From NCBI GenBank assembly GCA_964016885.1, contig OZ024740.1, positions 237,088,001 to 237,152,000 of the forward strand: a DNA stretch of 64,000 nt. The letters are read 5' to 3'. The notes beneath the pieces were generated by a model, which saw only the letters and a list, made by a program, of their open reading frames with translations, searched no databases and was not told the origin of the DNA. This DNA is from Eledone cirrhosa (taxonomy: Eukaryota). A program made the translations under genes and the position numbers. Position 1 is the first letter of the stretch; every line of letters begins with the position of its first letter. Positions 38,371 through 51,400 of this stretch are shown piece after piece.

Positions 38371-38752
38371 CATACATACATACATACATATATACATACA
38401 TATATATATACACAGTTGAAAATTGCATACTTGACTGTCACCACAGAATATGAACCTGAAGATTGCGAAGCATGAAAGTACTTGTTCAATTAACACTTAA
38501 CATTTAATATTCTACCATACTATTTCATTATAATACCATTATAAATTTTAAAGGATTGTAAATAAAATGAGTAAATCAGACAAAGTTGGAATTCCTTTTA
38601 TTAATATAATCTTCTACACAATCATACACACCCGTGTATATTTATTTATATCTATATATGTATATATATATATATACATATATATATATGTCCCAAGGCT
38701 CTGATACCATCAACACTATAAACACAGAGCTGGCATATCTAAGAACTGACTA

Positions 38753-38808
38753 ACTACCTGATGAGGTCATAGCCATTCAATGGCTATCATCGAAATATAT
38801 ATAGCAGT
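38753..38808 (+). ncRNA. Minimal type I hammerhead ribozyme motif (Penelope/retrozyme-type), possibly degenerate
   Basis: CUGAUGA at 38758-64; stem II 38765-91 (10 pairs, 1 mismatch, UUCAA loop); GAAA at 38792-95; palindromic mini stem III UAUAUA; cleavage triplet AUA; stem I ACUAC/GCAGU with one mismatch; AATAAA at 38810. Confidence 0.62.
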
Positions 38809-38858
38809 AAATAAAGGATTATGAGTTCATGCAATTGACTTATGTTTCGTCACTACAC

Positions 38859-38920
<62 letters not shown>

Positions 38921-38996
38921 CGAAGGAAATGTGGTAAGGAACCAGGTGGACCATAACGCACCAAAGTACTCAATACTTGAGGTAGTAGAGTGGGTA

Positions 38997-39107
38997 ATAG
39001 GAACCAGTAAGACCCCGACAGCTGAGCTCAAGCCGTTTCGACGGCTTGAGCAGAATTAGCCGTCGAAACGGCTTGAGCTCAGCTGTCGGGGTCTTACTGG
39101 TTCCTAT
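38997..39107. repeat. Perfect 50-bp inverted repeat with 11-nt spacer
   Basis: Arm 38997-39046 is the exact reverse complement of 39058-39107. Confidence 0.97.
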
Positions 39108-39132
39108 ATATATGTATATATATATATATATT

Positions 39133-39470
39133 GGAGGCACATGGCTTAGTGGTTAGAGCATTGGCCTTGCAATCGAAAGATTGTGAGTTCAATTCTCAGA
39201 CCGGGTGATGTGTTGTTTCCTTGAGCAGGACACTTTATTTCACATTGCTCCAGTTTACTCAGCTGTAGAAATGAGATGATAGGGACTGGGGTCCATATCA
39301 TTCCACTGCAAAGTGGTCGTGGAGATGCCACGGCAAAAAAGCACCCAGCACTGACTGTAAATGAGGTTGGTGTTAGGAAGGGCATCATGCTGTAGAAATC
39401 AAGCCAGAATCAGTTCCCGTCCCACCCTTGCAAGCAGGGAAAAAGCGGACGTAAAATGAAATGATGATGA
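39133..39470 (+). mobile_element. Full-length tRNA-derived SINE with CORE-like body and RTE-derived 3' region
   Basis: A-box TGGCTTAGTGG, B-box GAGTTCAATTC, body TTCCTTGAGCAGGACACTTT..., 3' part matches the RTE-B 3' UTR (~3007-3170), (ATG)n tail. Confidence 0.9.
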
Positions 39471-41105
39471 TTGCTAGTAGGGAAAGTGGACATTAAAATT
39501 AAGATAGCTAACATTAAAATAAGATAGCTAACATTCCTAATCAAATGATTACCAGTTCTAATATTTTTGATTGACTGTTTAAGTTTAAATATTTCTCCAT
39601 GAAAATATTTTTATATTTTTCTCAACTAATTGATAATATATAACAAAAAAAGAAAGGAGTTGATTGTTAGATCAAACTAAAGAATCAATGATTCCATTGA
39701 TTTTTCTATTGCTGATATTATCTTCCAGTGGAAACTCCTGGTAGAAGGAAGCAGGATTTCAAATCAGGATGCATAGGCCCAGATTAGATACAATAAGTCA
39801 TCAAGTCCAACCCTTTAACCATACCAAACTGATACTTTATTTATTGACCACAAAAGAATGAAAAGTAAAGTTGACCTTAGTGGGATTTGAACTCAGAGTG
39901 CAATGAGCCGAAACAAATACCGAAGTATATAATCTGATGCCTTAATGAACTGGACTCCACCTGGTGGCAAACAGAAGCGGGGTTGCCCCAGGATCACCTG
40001 GCGACGAACGTTCCAAAAAGACCTGATGCCAGCCAACATCACTTGGCATCAATGCGAAAAATCCGCCATTGATTGTGATTGTTGGTGGCTACCAACTGCT
40101 TGATGGGCCGAAAGGTGCAGAAAAACCTAAGATTAAGACTAAGACTTAATGACTTATATAATGTATTTAAATTAATCAAAGCTAAAAGGATGCATTTTCA
40201 AAAAGACTCATAGAACCTTATGTGGTATCAAAAATATATCAACTCTCTTTCAGTAATGAGGACAGGGAAAGAAGTATCATGATGTTATTTCTCAAGAAGG
40301 TGGGGCAACGAATAAAGACAAATGTCAATTTGCTCCTCGAGCAATGCTGTCCAACCCATGTCCATATAGAAAAATGGATTTCAAAATGGTTGTATCATGA
40401 GCGTTGTTGTTTAGCCCCAGGTCAGCCTTGTTCTAGCAGACCTATATTCTAACGTGTTGCAACTATGAACATATCATTTTATATATCAGGGAGGAAATTG
40501 TATTCTTCTTTATTTATGGCAGTATGGTATGATTTGAAGAAAATTTAGCTGCTATTTTTAGCAGGCATAGAAACTACTCCGTGGGTTCGATGATTATACT
40601 GATGACAATGCTGCTGCTGATGATGATGATAACAATGACAATGACAATAATGCTGATGTTAACAATGATGATGATGCTAATGATGACAACAAGCATGATG
40701 ATGTTGATGATGATGATGATGATGATGATAATTTTACCATTTGTCTTGGAAATTTACTGCTATATTGCAATTGGGAGAAGCCAGCTGTCTGAAAATATCT
40801 TTACTTTCATTTCAGTTAATCCAGATTATGTCAGAAGTAATCAGATAGACAGTAGAATGGGGTTTTGGTGAGCTAACTATGTTACAGACTGCAAGACTTA
40901 GGAATATTTGTAAACACCAGCTTAAGTAAAATAAGATTTATTAGTAAACTAAAAGCATATAATCATTTTGATGTGTTTTATGTCATTGTCCTATTTCTGT
41001 TCTAAAAATATTCTAACCAGTTTCTCTGGCACACAGAACACGTGTCTTTGGACAAAGAAAGAACCTAATTTTGCTTGTGTTAGATTATCTGGCCTCACAA
41101 CATGA

Positions 41106-41298
41106 TACAAGGGTTGGCTAAACAATTCATAGACTGACTACGAAGGAGTGATGTGAGAGCTGTGAAATCTTGCATATGCTAATTCCAAATCTTCTTATTA
41201 ATAACTGCATTGTTTCTTTCCAGGGACTATGTTGAAAAATAAATTTCATTTGGTCATTCCATTTAGTCAGCCTATGAACTTTTCAACCAACCCTCGTG
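41106..41298. mobile_element. Tc1/mariner-type MITE
   Basis: TIR TA-CAAGGGTTGGCTAAACAATTCATAGACTGAC / GTCAGCCTATGAACTTTTCAACCAACCCTCG-TG. Confidence 0.78.
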
Positions 41299-43289
41299 CA
41301 GACGTTAGTTGTTTAGTGCTTTATAATCTGTAACATATAACTATAAAGAAAATTGTACCAACAGTATGTCTAATTGTATGTGTAACTCCATCTCACTGAT
41401 ACTCATATGGATAAGATGGTTAATTATCAGTAACGCACCACACATCATCATTATCATCATTTAATGTCTGTTTCCCTGCTAGCAAAGGTTAAGTGGGCCA
41501 TCAGGGACAAAATCAGTGACACACACCATCATCATCATCATCATTTAATGTCTGTTTCTCTGGGCTGTCAAGTACAAAATCAATACTTAATCAGAGCTAC
41601 TGAATCTTGCTTACATTTGTTCTATATAGCGCTCTGGGTGCATTTTATCATGGAACCAGTACTAGATATGTTGTTGTGTCTTTGACACAACTGAAGAGTC
41701 ATCTCAATTCTTTTTGGCATGTTTTTTATGGCTGTAAACACTTCCTAACACCAACCACTTTACTGAGTATGTTTAATATGTTATCAGCACTTGAGAGATT
41801 GTCGTGTTGTAACCGAAAGGCTCTCTTAGCTCTTTTTGGCAAGGTTTCTATGGCCCTAACATCAACCACTACACAGAGTCTACTGAGTGTATTTTATCAT
41901 GGCCTCAGCACTATTTTTATCAAGGCACCAGTGACTGAAATACCCTCTCTACTCTGTAAGAGGCAAGGACGATAGGGTGGGTGAGGGAGGTAAGAAGGAT
42001 GATAAGTATATCATGGGTAACTGACAATAGTGCTGGTGAGGAGAATGATAAGTGTGATATAAATGTACGACAGATGTTTGAGGTTAAAGGGGTGGGAGGG
42101 ACATGAATGGGTCAGGTCACATTCTATGCAGGCAGACAAGTCTTCTCTAGTTCTACATCTCACCAAATCTCACAGTCCTTTGTTGGATGGACAGTGCAAA
42201 GTCACTTACCTTGGATGGTTCCCCATTGGTTGTCTCTCTAATTTAGCCAAGAATTATACTCACCTAAATTCAGACCAGAAATCTGGGTTCTGCACATGAC
42301 CACAGACACACAACCCTCCACTTTTGAATCACCACAAGGAAAGATGCCCATTGTTTTCTTTTTCTGCTGACATGATATCACTGCCTCTTTCCCTTCTGGT
42401 ATGCAACTCACACCCCCATTTGCCTATTTAGCCAAAAGATCATTTCCCACACACTCACTCTATGTCAAAGTCGGCCATCCACCTGGGCAGAGAGCACTCT
42501 CTCTCTCTGTGACCTTCCTTAAAATTGCCAGAGAAAACGAGGCATCATTTTCCCCTTCTGCTAATGTAATGTCACTGCCTCTGTCGTTTCTAGTGTGTGA
42601 TTCCCAACTCCACCAACCCCCATCTCTTCTGGTATGCAACTCACAACCCACAACCCCTCCCCTCTGATCTAAAAATCACTTCACACACCCTCGCTCCATG
42701 TCAAAGTTGGCCATACATCTGGGCAGACATTGCTTTCTCTATGACCTTCCCAGGGCTGAAGTACTGATCACACCTTCTCCATTCTTGAAAGCATTATGAC
42801 AAAAGAAGCTTGTTGATTTTCCTTTCTGCTAATGTGATGTCTCAGCCTCTCTCCCTTCTGGTGTATGACTCACAACTGCACACTTTGTCATCATGAGATT
42901 CAACTTACTGAGGTCAGTCTTTTAACATATAATACCAACATACACAACCATGGCAGTGTTGTTAAAAGGTTTACTTACTAACTATATAGTTTGAGATTCA
43001 ATTTCACTATGTGGCAAGTATCTTCTACTTTAACATCATATCAACCAAAGCCTTGTGAGTGAAATTTGGTAGACAGAAACTCTTTTGGTGGGGCAAACAT
43101 TCAAGCTAGATGTCTGGTCTAAGAATAACCTTTTTACTTCTTCCCACCATTAATGGAGATTTTCTGACTAAACCATCAAAATAAATGCAACCCCCCCCCC
43201 CCCCCCCTGCCAAAATAAAATAAATAAAAGCACATTTATTGAGCTCTCTAATGTTTTGTGTACAACACATGCAAAGTATCTCTCCTCTC

Positions 43290-43610
43290 TTGTGGCTGAA
43301 TGATTAAGAGATTCACTTTGCAATCATTAGGTCCTAAGTTTGAATCCACTGTGGCAATTTGCCATAACCTCAGGTCGACCCAAGCCTTGTAAGTAAAACT
43401 GGATAGATAGAAACTGTTTCGAAGCCCATCAGATGGACAGTACCTATAATTCTATGGACCAGCCTTGTCACATTGTGTCATGCTTAATCTTCCTGAGAAT
43501 TACATTAAGGGTACATGTGTCTGTGGTATATTCAGCCACTTACATATTAATTTCATGACCAGGCTGTTTGGTTGATCAAAGAACTGGAACACTCATCCTT
43601 GAAACCGACA
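43290..43610 (+). mobile_element. Degenerate tRNA-derived SINE (related copies at ~42950-43080, 48105-48370, 12410-12510)
   Basis: Decayed A/B boxes and a shared CCAAGCCTTGTGAGTGAA...GGTAGA body. Confidence 0.6.
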
Positions 43611-43894
43611 GAGGTTTATTCTCTCTCTCTCTCTCTGTACACACACGCACACACATATAAAAGGAGAGGGAGAAGTGGTGGTCTTCCCTTGCCCATCATA
43701 GCTACATCACTGAGTTATGAGAGTTTTTTTGGGAGCTAACAGTGTCACCTATTGTTCCATCTCCTCTTGTAGTTTACCGCTGTTGGTTTAGGATTGCACA
43801 TTCATCCAGAAGAAGCCCGTGTATATTGCAACTAACCATCATATCTGGTGGCCATATTGCTATCTGCCATCTGTGACTTGTTCTCTAGCAGAAC

Positions 43895-44885
43895 AGCTAA
43901 ACCTCGAAAAGGCATATGATCACATTCCATGGAACCTGTTGTGGAAGGTTATGCAAGAGTATGGGGTTGATGGACAGCTTCTTGTTGCCCTGATGTCTTT
44001 ATATGAATGCCCTAGTATTTGTGTTCAGATAAATGATGTTAAGTCAAAAGCATTCAATGTGGGTGTTGGACCCTGACAAGAGTGAGTACTGTCATCTCTC
44101 CTATTCATAATCTTCATGGATGGGAATGACATGCACTGCCAGGTTGGAAGTAGTATCACGACTAGCAAATGTAGGATCAGTTGGCTGGAATTTGCAGACA
44201 GCATTGTGTTACTTAACTCAACAGAAGTTGATCTCTGGCTTGCATCGATAAGTTTGATGCTGAGTACTGCACAACAGGAATGAAAACCAATGCTGCAAAT
44301 AATGAGGCACTCATTCTCCCAAGGAAGCCTGTGCAGTGCATTCTACATGTGAATGGAGTTCCTCTGAAGCACATGGAGAAGTTCAAGTATCACAAGTGAT
44401 GTAAAGCAGGAGGCTGAATTAAGTGTAGGAATTGCAGGAGCTGGTCCAGTAATGCGCCAGCTTCAGCATTCAGTCATCAGAAGAAGGGAGGTAGGTGTAA
44501 AAGCCAAACTTGCTATCTTCAATTCAGTATTTGTGCCAACTTTTACCTATAGTCATGAATCTTGGGTATGATTGTGAATACAAGTAGACAAAATAGGGTT
44601 CCTCCAAAGGGTCTTTAGAGTAACATTACTCAATAGAGTGCATAGCTGTATAGCACAGAGATCAGAGAGTCGCTTCAGGTAGTGCCACTACTTCTCTGAA
44701 TTGAGAAATCACAGCTCCAATACACTGGAGATATGGTTAGAATGTTTCAGGAAAGAATTGCTGAGGTAAACTCCTAGCAAGATTGTTAGATAAGACACAT
44801 GAGATCGGCTGATCTCACTTGATGGATGCTTCTGACAGGACCTACTGAAAGGTGTGCCTGAGGATTCTGCTCCCACAACCTTGTG
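43895..44885 (+). mobile_element. Old RTE-type LINE remnant (distinct family, no PHD insert evident)
   Basis: NLEKAYDHIPW.LLWKVMQEYGV..., LKHMEKFKY, PTFTYSHESW; multiple stops. Confidence 0.75.
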
Positions 44886-45667
44886 AAGAAGAAGACGAAG
44901 ACGAAGACGAAGACGAAGAAGAAGAAGAAGAACTTATCTAGTATCACTTTTCCAATTGGTGGGAAAATCTATAAGTACAATTAAATACATGACCAATTCA
45001 TTAGTGGAAGTTAGGGAATGAATTGAGATACCTTTCCTCCCTTTAATTTAATTTTTTTTGATTGTCCAAATTCGTTTGAGTTTAAATAAATGTATGTTTG
45101 TCTATCTATGTATATAATTTTATTTTACTTTTGTTTGTGCATCAGACAAATGCTTTCTCAGATTCATTCTGGCTCTTTATGTTCTGAGTTCAACTTTTCA
45201 TCCTTCCAACATCAATGAAATATAGTACCAGGCAATCAACTTCTTCTTCCCCTCAAAAATTGCTATTCTTGTGTCTAAACCAGAAACTATTAAGTTAAAA
45301 AAATTCTAGTTAATTTTCCTTTCCAAAATAGATAACAATTTACAATATTTGAAGCCGTGTCTATGTTATTTCTTTTTTTTTTAAATCTGGAATCTAGGAA
45401 AAAAAAAGCTTGAGTTAAAAAAGAAAAACACAGACGGTTTACTGTCTAATCTTAGACTTTTAAATGTAGCTATTGATCTATGTATTTGTCCATCCTATAA
45501 ATTACCATTATTTAACTGTGTGTAATTTTTTATTTCAGCTATATCTCTGTCGATCATCATTACCTCACTCTAAACATGTCATAGCTATGACAATAAGTTG
45601 GTACAAAATGGGCAAGGACGATAACTCTTCTTGCTTGATTGCTTAATCAGTTTCTACTTCACTTATC

Positions 45668-45700
<33 letters not shown>

Positions 45701-45834
45701 CAGCTGCTCGAATAATACCGACAGTCATCCCATAAACACTTATGTAGTGGTGCTCAACCTGCTAGAAATACAATTTACTGCATTTAAAAAAAAAAAAATG
45801 GGAAAACTCAATGAATAATGTGGTCCTAGATGCA

Positions 45835-46020
45835 TGTGGATTGGCAGTATCGGTAGAGAGTCGAACGCCATGCTTTGTAGCATAGAGTTACGCCCCTTTA
45901 TGATCTGAGTTCAAATCCCACCGAGGTTAACTTTGCCTTTCATCCTTACGGGGTCGATAAAATAAAGTACCAGTAATGCACTGGGTAATTGCTGGCCTTG
46001 TGCCAAAAAGTAGAAACTGG
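45835..46020 (+). mobile_element. tRNA-derived SINE, abundant family (other copies at ~26360-26582, 35080-35390, 55713-55998, 59445-59625, 60915-61070)
   Basis: GTGGATTGGCAGTATCGGTAGAG head, GAGTTCAAATCCC B-box, TTTGCCTTTCATCCTTACGGGGTCGATAAAATAAAGTACCAG body. Confidence 0.85.
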
Positions 46021-46189
46021 TCATGGTTGTAATAACTTGAGTATAGGACAGCTCAATCGGAGCCAACATGAGTGTTAAACAACAATGCCAAGTCACTCCA
46101 CACATGTTAATATATAAAATGTCTATCATGTTAAATTGCTTGTACTGTTATTTTAGAAACAAAGCATCTGTTGGTTTATTTAATATCAG

Positions 46190-47060
46190 TACACTTCTGT
46201 TTATCATTGCCCTTCAGGTCAGCACTGAGGAGATTAAAACTGGTACTGCATGAGAACTCCTGTATGCTGATGACTTAGTCCTCATAGATGAATCTGTGGG
46301 AGAGTTAGGGCAAAATTCTAATCATAGGAGTAAAGCTTTGAGTAAATACTACTGGTAGCACACCAAGTCCGAACATAGAAATACCAAACTCCCACTGTCA
46401 TCGCCTAAAGTAAACTTAGTAAAAACAAACATCAGGGAAGTAACCTTATTTAATATGCCAAAAAGAGAGTGGGCAGATGCCATAAGGTGCAAACAGTATG
46501 ATCTATGTACAGGGATTACAAGCAGTTTGATGGAAAAGATAGACTTTGTATGTGGCAGATGCTCAAGAAAAGTAAGCACTAAGAGCACATGTGAATATCA
46601 TATGGCAGTGAAATATGGGCCTTGACTGCAGAAGACCTGCAAAGATTAGAAAAGAAAAAAAAAGAAGCGGGTATGCTCTGATGGATGTGTAATGTTAGTG
46701 TGCATAAATGGTGTAGCATAAGCGAGCTGAGAGAAAAACCCAATGTAAAACACTGCATCTTTTAAAACCTCCATGCTTCCTGAAATTCGCCAACACTACA
46801 CCTGATATCCCTGATATCATGACTCATACTCTGTTCACTTTCCTGTACATTATTCTATGTACCTTTGATGAGTTGTAGTGCACCTGAGCACTGTACACTA
46901 TAATTTCATTATTATTATTATTAAAAGAGAGAAGACTGTGTTGGTAAGGACATGTGATGCATATGGAAGATGACAACTGTACAGAGAAATCTGTGGCTGG
47001 GACCCATGGAAGAAGCAAACCTAGGAAGACTTGAGATGTCCTTAAGAATTTGTACTGGAG
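46190..47060 (+). mobile_element. Degenerate RTE fragment interrupted by a CR1 3' end (46745-46922)
   Basis: LLFIIALQ..LYADDLVL, decayed PHD, then a CR1 tail (ATT)n, then ERRLCW*GHVMHM. Confidence 0.75.
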
Positions 47061-48477
47061 AAAAGCCACTGACAAGCAAAATGTGTGACCTGATTTATTC
47101 CTGTATCACCTCCTCCACTAGTGGCTATTCACCCCATCATGGTACACCCCCACACCACCCATGTACCCTACACTATCTTACCTTAGCTATTCCTACCATC
47201 ACTGCAGCCCCTCACTAAAACTACTCTCTCCATATGTGTGCTCCCCCAGACTTCGCTTTAGTTAATCTCATCCCCACCTTTCTCTCCTACTCAGCACCCA
47301 TCAAATGCCAACACACAAGCCAGATATGCAAACCCTTATACCTATCTTCCTTCTCTTTCTCCTCCCCCAAGCAGCAAAGGCTCTTCAGCTGGAACAATAA
47401 TTGATAACCTCTTTAGTGCTGGTGTCATGAAAATGTACCCAGTACATATTGTAAGGTTGTTGGCTATAGGAAAGGAACCTTATTGCAGAAACCATGCCAA
47501 AAAGGGTAAAGTGTACTGTCCATGGGCAACCTCTCTAGTGTTGGTGATTTATACAATAAATAAATGCATTTAGGGCATGCTGTAAAATGGTTGGTGATAG
47601 TAAGGGCATCCAGCCACAGAAAAAAGAGTTAGGAGGACTTTTTAGTAATGTCAAAGATATGACGATCTTCTTAGTGTTTGTGAGTTACATGATAAATACA
47701 CCCAGTATACACTGTTAAGTGGTTGGTGATGAGAAAGGCATCCAGTCATAGAAAACTTGTTTAAAGGGTTGGGAGACTCTTCAGTTGTGTCATGGCAACA
47801 TCCATAGTGCTGGTGTCATGATAAAATACACTCGGTAGAACACAGGATCTATGTAAGTGAGATGCAGGCCACCAGGCTATCTGAGAGCTCAGTAGACCTG
47901 TTTGTGTACTTACTCAGTCAAACCCTTGTTAGCAGGGAAAACAGACATTAAATGATGTCTACATACTAAGTCCTATATTGATTGCTACATGTTCAAATGG
48001 TTGCTGTTCCTCCATATATCACTCAATTCAATGATTTCTGAATAGTTTTGGGTTTCACACTCAGGCTACATGTGTTTGGTGCTAGTACTAGTAGTATTGG
48101 TATTGTGGCCAAATAGTTAAGAAGTTTGTTTTGCAATCATAAAGTTCTGGGTTTGATCACACTATGTTGCATCTGTTATTTGCAATAACCCCTGGTCATC
48201 CAAGCCTTGTGAGTGAATTTGGGTAGAAGTCTGTCAGATGAACTGTGCCTGTAATTCAAAGGGCCAATCTTGTCACACTTATTTTCCCTGAAACTTATGT
48301 TAAGAGCATGAGTCTGTGGTATGCTCAGCCTCTTGCAGGTTGTTTTAATGATCATAACTGATTGAGATTCACCCAGTATTGGGATTATTAGGGTAGCTGT
48401 AATTATGGTATTGTAACCCCAGGTTATTGCTAATGATCTCACTTTTTCTTGGGCATTGTCTGTCAATGATTAAATCA

Positions 48478-51400
48478 CTATCACCATTTTTATGTCTGCT
48501 TTTCCATGCTTGCACGTGTCCTTCTCAGCACAACATCTCTCCAATTGTTGCATTCTTTCGACATCTCCTCTGCCAGTCTTAGCAATTTGAGGTCAACTCT
48601 CACAACCTCTGCCCAGGTCTTACTTGGTTGTCCTCTATTGCAGCTTCCCTCCATTAGGAATTCCTGGCATTTCTTAACCTATCGATCATTTTCTATACCA
48701 ACGCAGTCTTCTCTCCTGCAAACCACCTCAGATTCCTCTCTCAGCTCGTCGAAGCACTGCCTTTCTCGCATATTTACATTGCACATCCAACGAAACATGA
48801 TTGCTTCATTTCTTTCCAGTCTACACATGTCCTCTGCAATCACAGCCAATGTTTCTCTACCATGCACCACACAGCCTTCCTTTTGTATGTAGGGAGAAAT
48901 CTTTTGTTTGCAGCAATAGGAGCAGTTCTCTAAACTTCTTCCATCCTATCTTAAATCTAACTATTATACTCTTGGTGCACCCTCCTTTGCTAATTAGGTC
49001 ACCTAGATAAAAGAGGCTATAACCCACTTTTATGGATCCTTCCTATAACTAGAAAAGGTTTATATCATTAGCATTCTTCCTCTCGATTACCCCTGTGCAT
49101 CTTCTACTAGCAAAGTTCTCCCTTCTTGTTAGTCAACTCATTAACCCATTACATTTTTTGTGTACCCAAGATTTACATTGTGTAGTTTATGCCTACTCCT
49201 TTTCTGCATGTTGACCATGGCCTCTTTCCCAAGTGAATCCGAGTCCTGTCTTTTCTTCTACTCACTAGCACTTTAGTTTTGGCTAAGTTTACTCTCAAGC
49301 CCTTTGATTACAAATTCAGTTTCCATAAACAGAATTTATTTTTTAGCTCTTTTTTGGTTTCAGCTATAACAATGAAATCATCTAGACATAGAAGCTCCCA
49401 TGGGTATCCCATTTTAAACACTTCTGTTATGGCCTAAAGAACTACAATGAACAACAGTGAGCTAAGAAGTGAACCATGATGAACTCCTACTTGTACTTTA
49501 CACAAGAGATGTAGCGGGATCTCAGGAAGCTTAATTAAGAATGTAGGATTCACATGCAGCAGCTGTGCTGAAACAGCAAGCAAACAGCCACAGGAAACAA
49601 GTACCACCAATCTCTGGGAGGGCCCTGTAGAAACAGTAGACAGCTTCTGCTACCTAGGTGACCGAATTAGCAACGGAGGTGGGTGCTCAGAAAGTACAAT
49701 AACTAGGGTAAGAACGGGATGGAAGAAGTTTAGGGAACTACTACCACTGCTAGCTGCAAAAGGCTTCTCCCTCAGAATGAAAGGCAGACTGTATGATGCG
49801 TGTATCCGAACAGCGATGTTGCATGGTAGTGAGACCTGGGCGCTGAAGGTGGAAGACTTACGTAGATTAGAGAGAAACGAAGCCTGCATGCTCCGATGGA
49901 TGTGTAACAGTAATATACGTGAACGACAAAGCATAAATGAATTGAGAGAGAGACTGAGCATAAGAGGAATCAAATGCTGCGTGCAGGAGAGGCGGTTACG
50001 CTGGTATGGACATGTGATGCGTATGAAGGATGACAGCTGCATAAAAAGGTGCAGAGCACTAGAAGTTGATGGAAACCGCGGAGTGGGGAGACCCAAGATG
50101 ACTTGGGATGAGGTGATAAAAGCCGACCTTACCCAACTACACCTCTCAAAGTCAATGACACACGACCGTGACTTCTGGCGTCACGCAGTAATACAGGGTA
50201 CCCGACCTCCCATGGGTACATGCTGAAGCATATAAACAATATGCCCCCCCCCCCCCCCCCCCACCGCAAGGTGGTCGTGGAGGTGCCACGGCAAAAAAGC
50301 ACCCAGCCCACACTGTAAAGTGGACGTGTAGGCGCCACGAAAAAGCACCCAGCACTCACTGTAAATGAGGTTGGTGTTAGGAAGGGCATCCAGCTGTAGA
50401 AATCAAGCCAGATCAGTTCCTGTATGAGCAAGGCATGGTCAGCCGACCAGACACTGCCCACAACAGGACAACCCGTCTAACCCATGCTAGCATGGAAGAA
50501 CGGACGTAAAACGGTGATGATGATGATGATGATGATGATTCCTTGCTAAACTTATTTCCTACTCTCACAAGCCATTCTTCTACACCTAATTTCTTTAAGG
50601 ATCAGATAATAGATTGTCAAAGGCCTTCTCTAGACCAACAAAAGCTAGACATAGTGGTTTATTTTTGGCTAGGAACTTCTCTTGTAGTACTTTTCCCAGG
50701 CATGAAACCAGACTGCATCTTATCTATTTTGACTCTTTCCTAATTAGCTGCGCTATAACTCTTTCAGTCACTTTCATTCGTCTATAGTTGCTCCTTTCTA
50801 GAGCATCACCTTTGCTCTTGCAGCAATTTATGATTGTACTGCTGCGCCAATCATTGGGTATGACTCCGTCATAAATTACTTGATTTACTTTACAGGTTAC
50901 TAGTTTGACTCCTACCTCTCCTGATAGTCACACAGCTTTACCATTCATCATCTCCCTGATTGCATCTCTGACCATAAAACTATCAACTTCCGTAGCTGGT
51001 CCTTCCTTTGGGTAAGTTGGGGGTAGTTTTTCTTCCTCCCATTCACTCTCTATATTCATCAATCACTCATAGTAACATTTCCAGGCCTTTCTTTTGGGCA
51101 TCAGTGGTGCTAAGTGCACCAGTGTCATTTCTAACACATCCCCCCCCCCCCCCCCCCAACATCTTGAATCACACTAACACACTGCCTTGTAATATGGAAC
51201 ACTTCACACCTCTGATCCTCATGTCTCGATATTGGCAAATTTACCTTCTTCAGCCTCTCTAAGCTGTTATACCTGTCACCTAGCTTTTTGGTACTGGTCT
51301 CTGCTATCCTCATTTTCCCATGCCTACCTCTGCTGTGCTGTTCTACCACTAGGTCACCCTCTGTATGGCTGGTGCGTTACTCCAGATGCAAGTCTCACCA

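Noticed and set aside
39133-39205. tRNA gene
   Set aside because: A/B boxes are present, but there is no proper acceptor stem and it continues into a SINE body and RTE tail.
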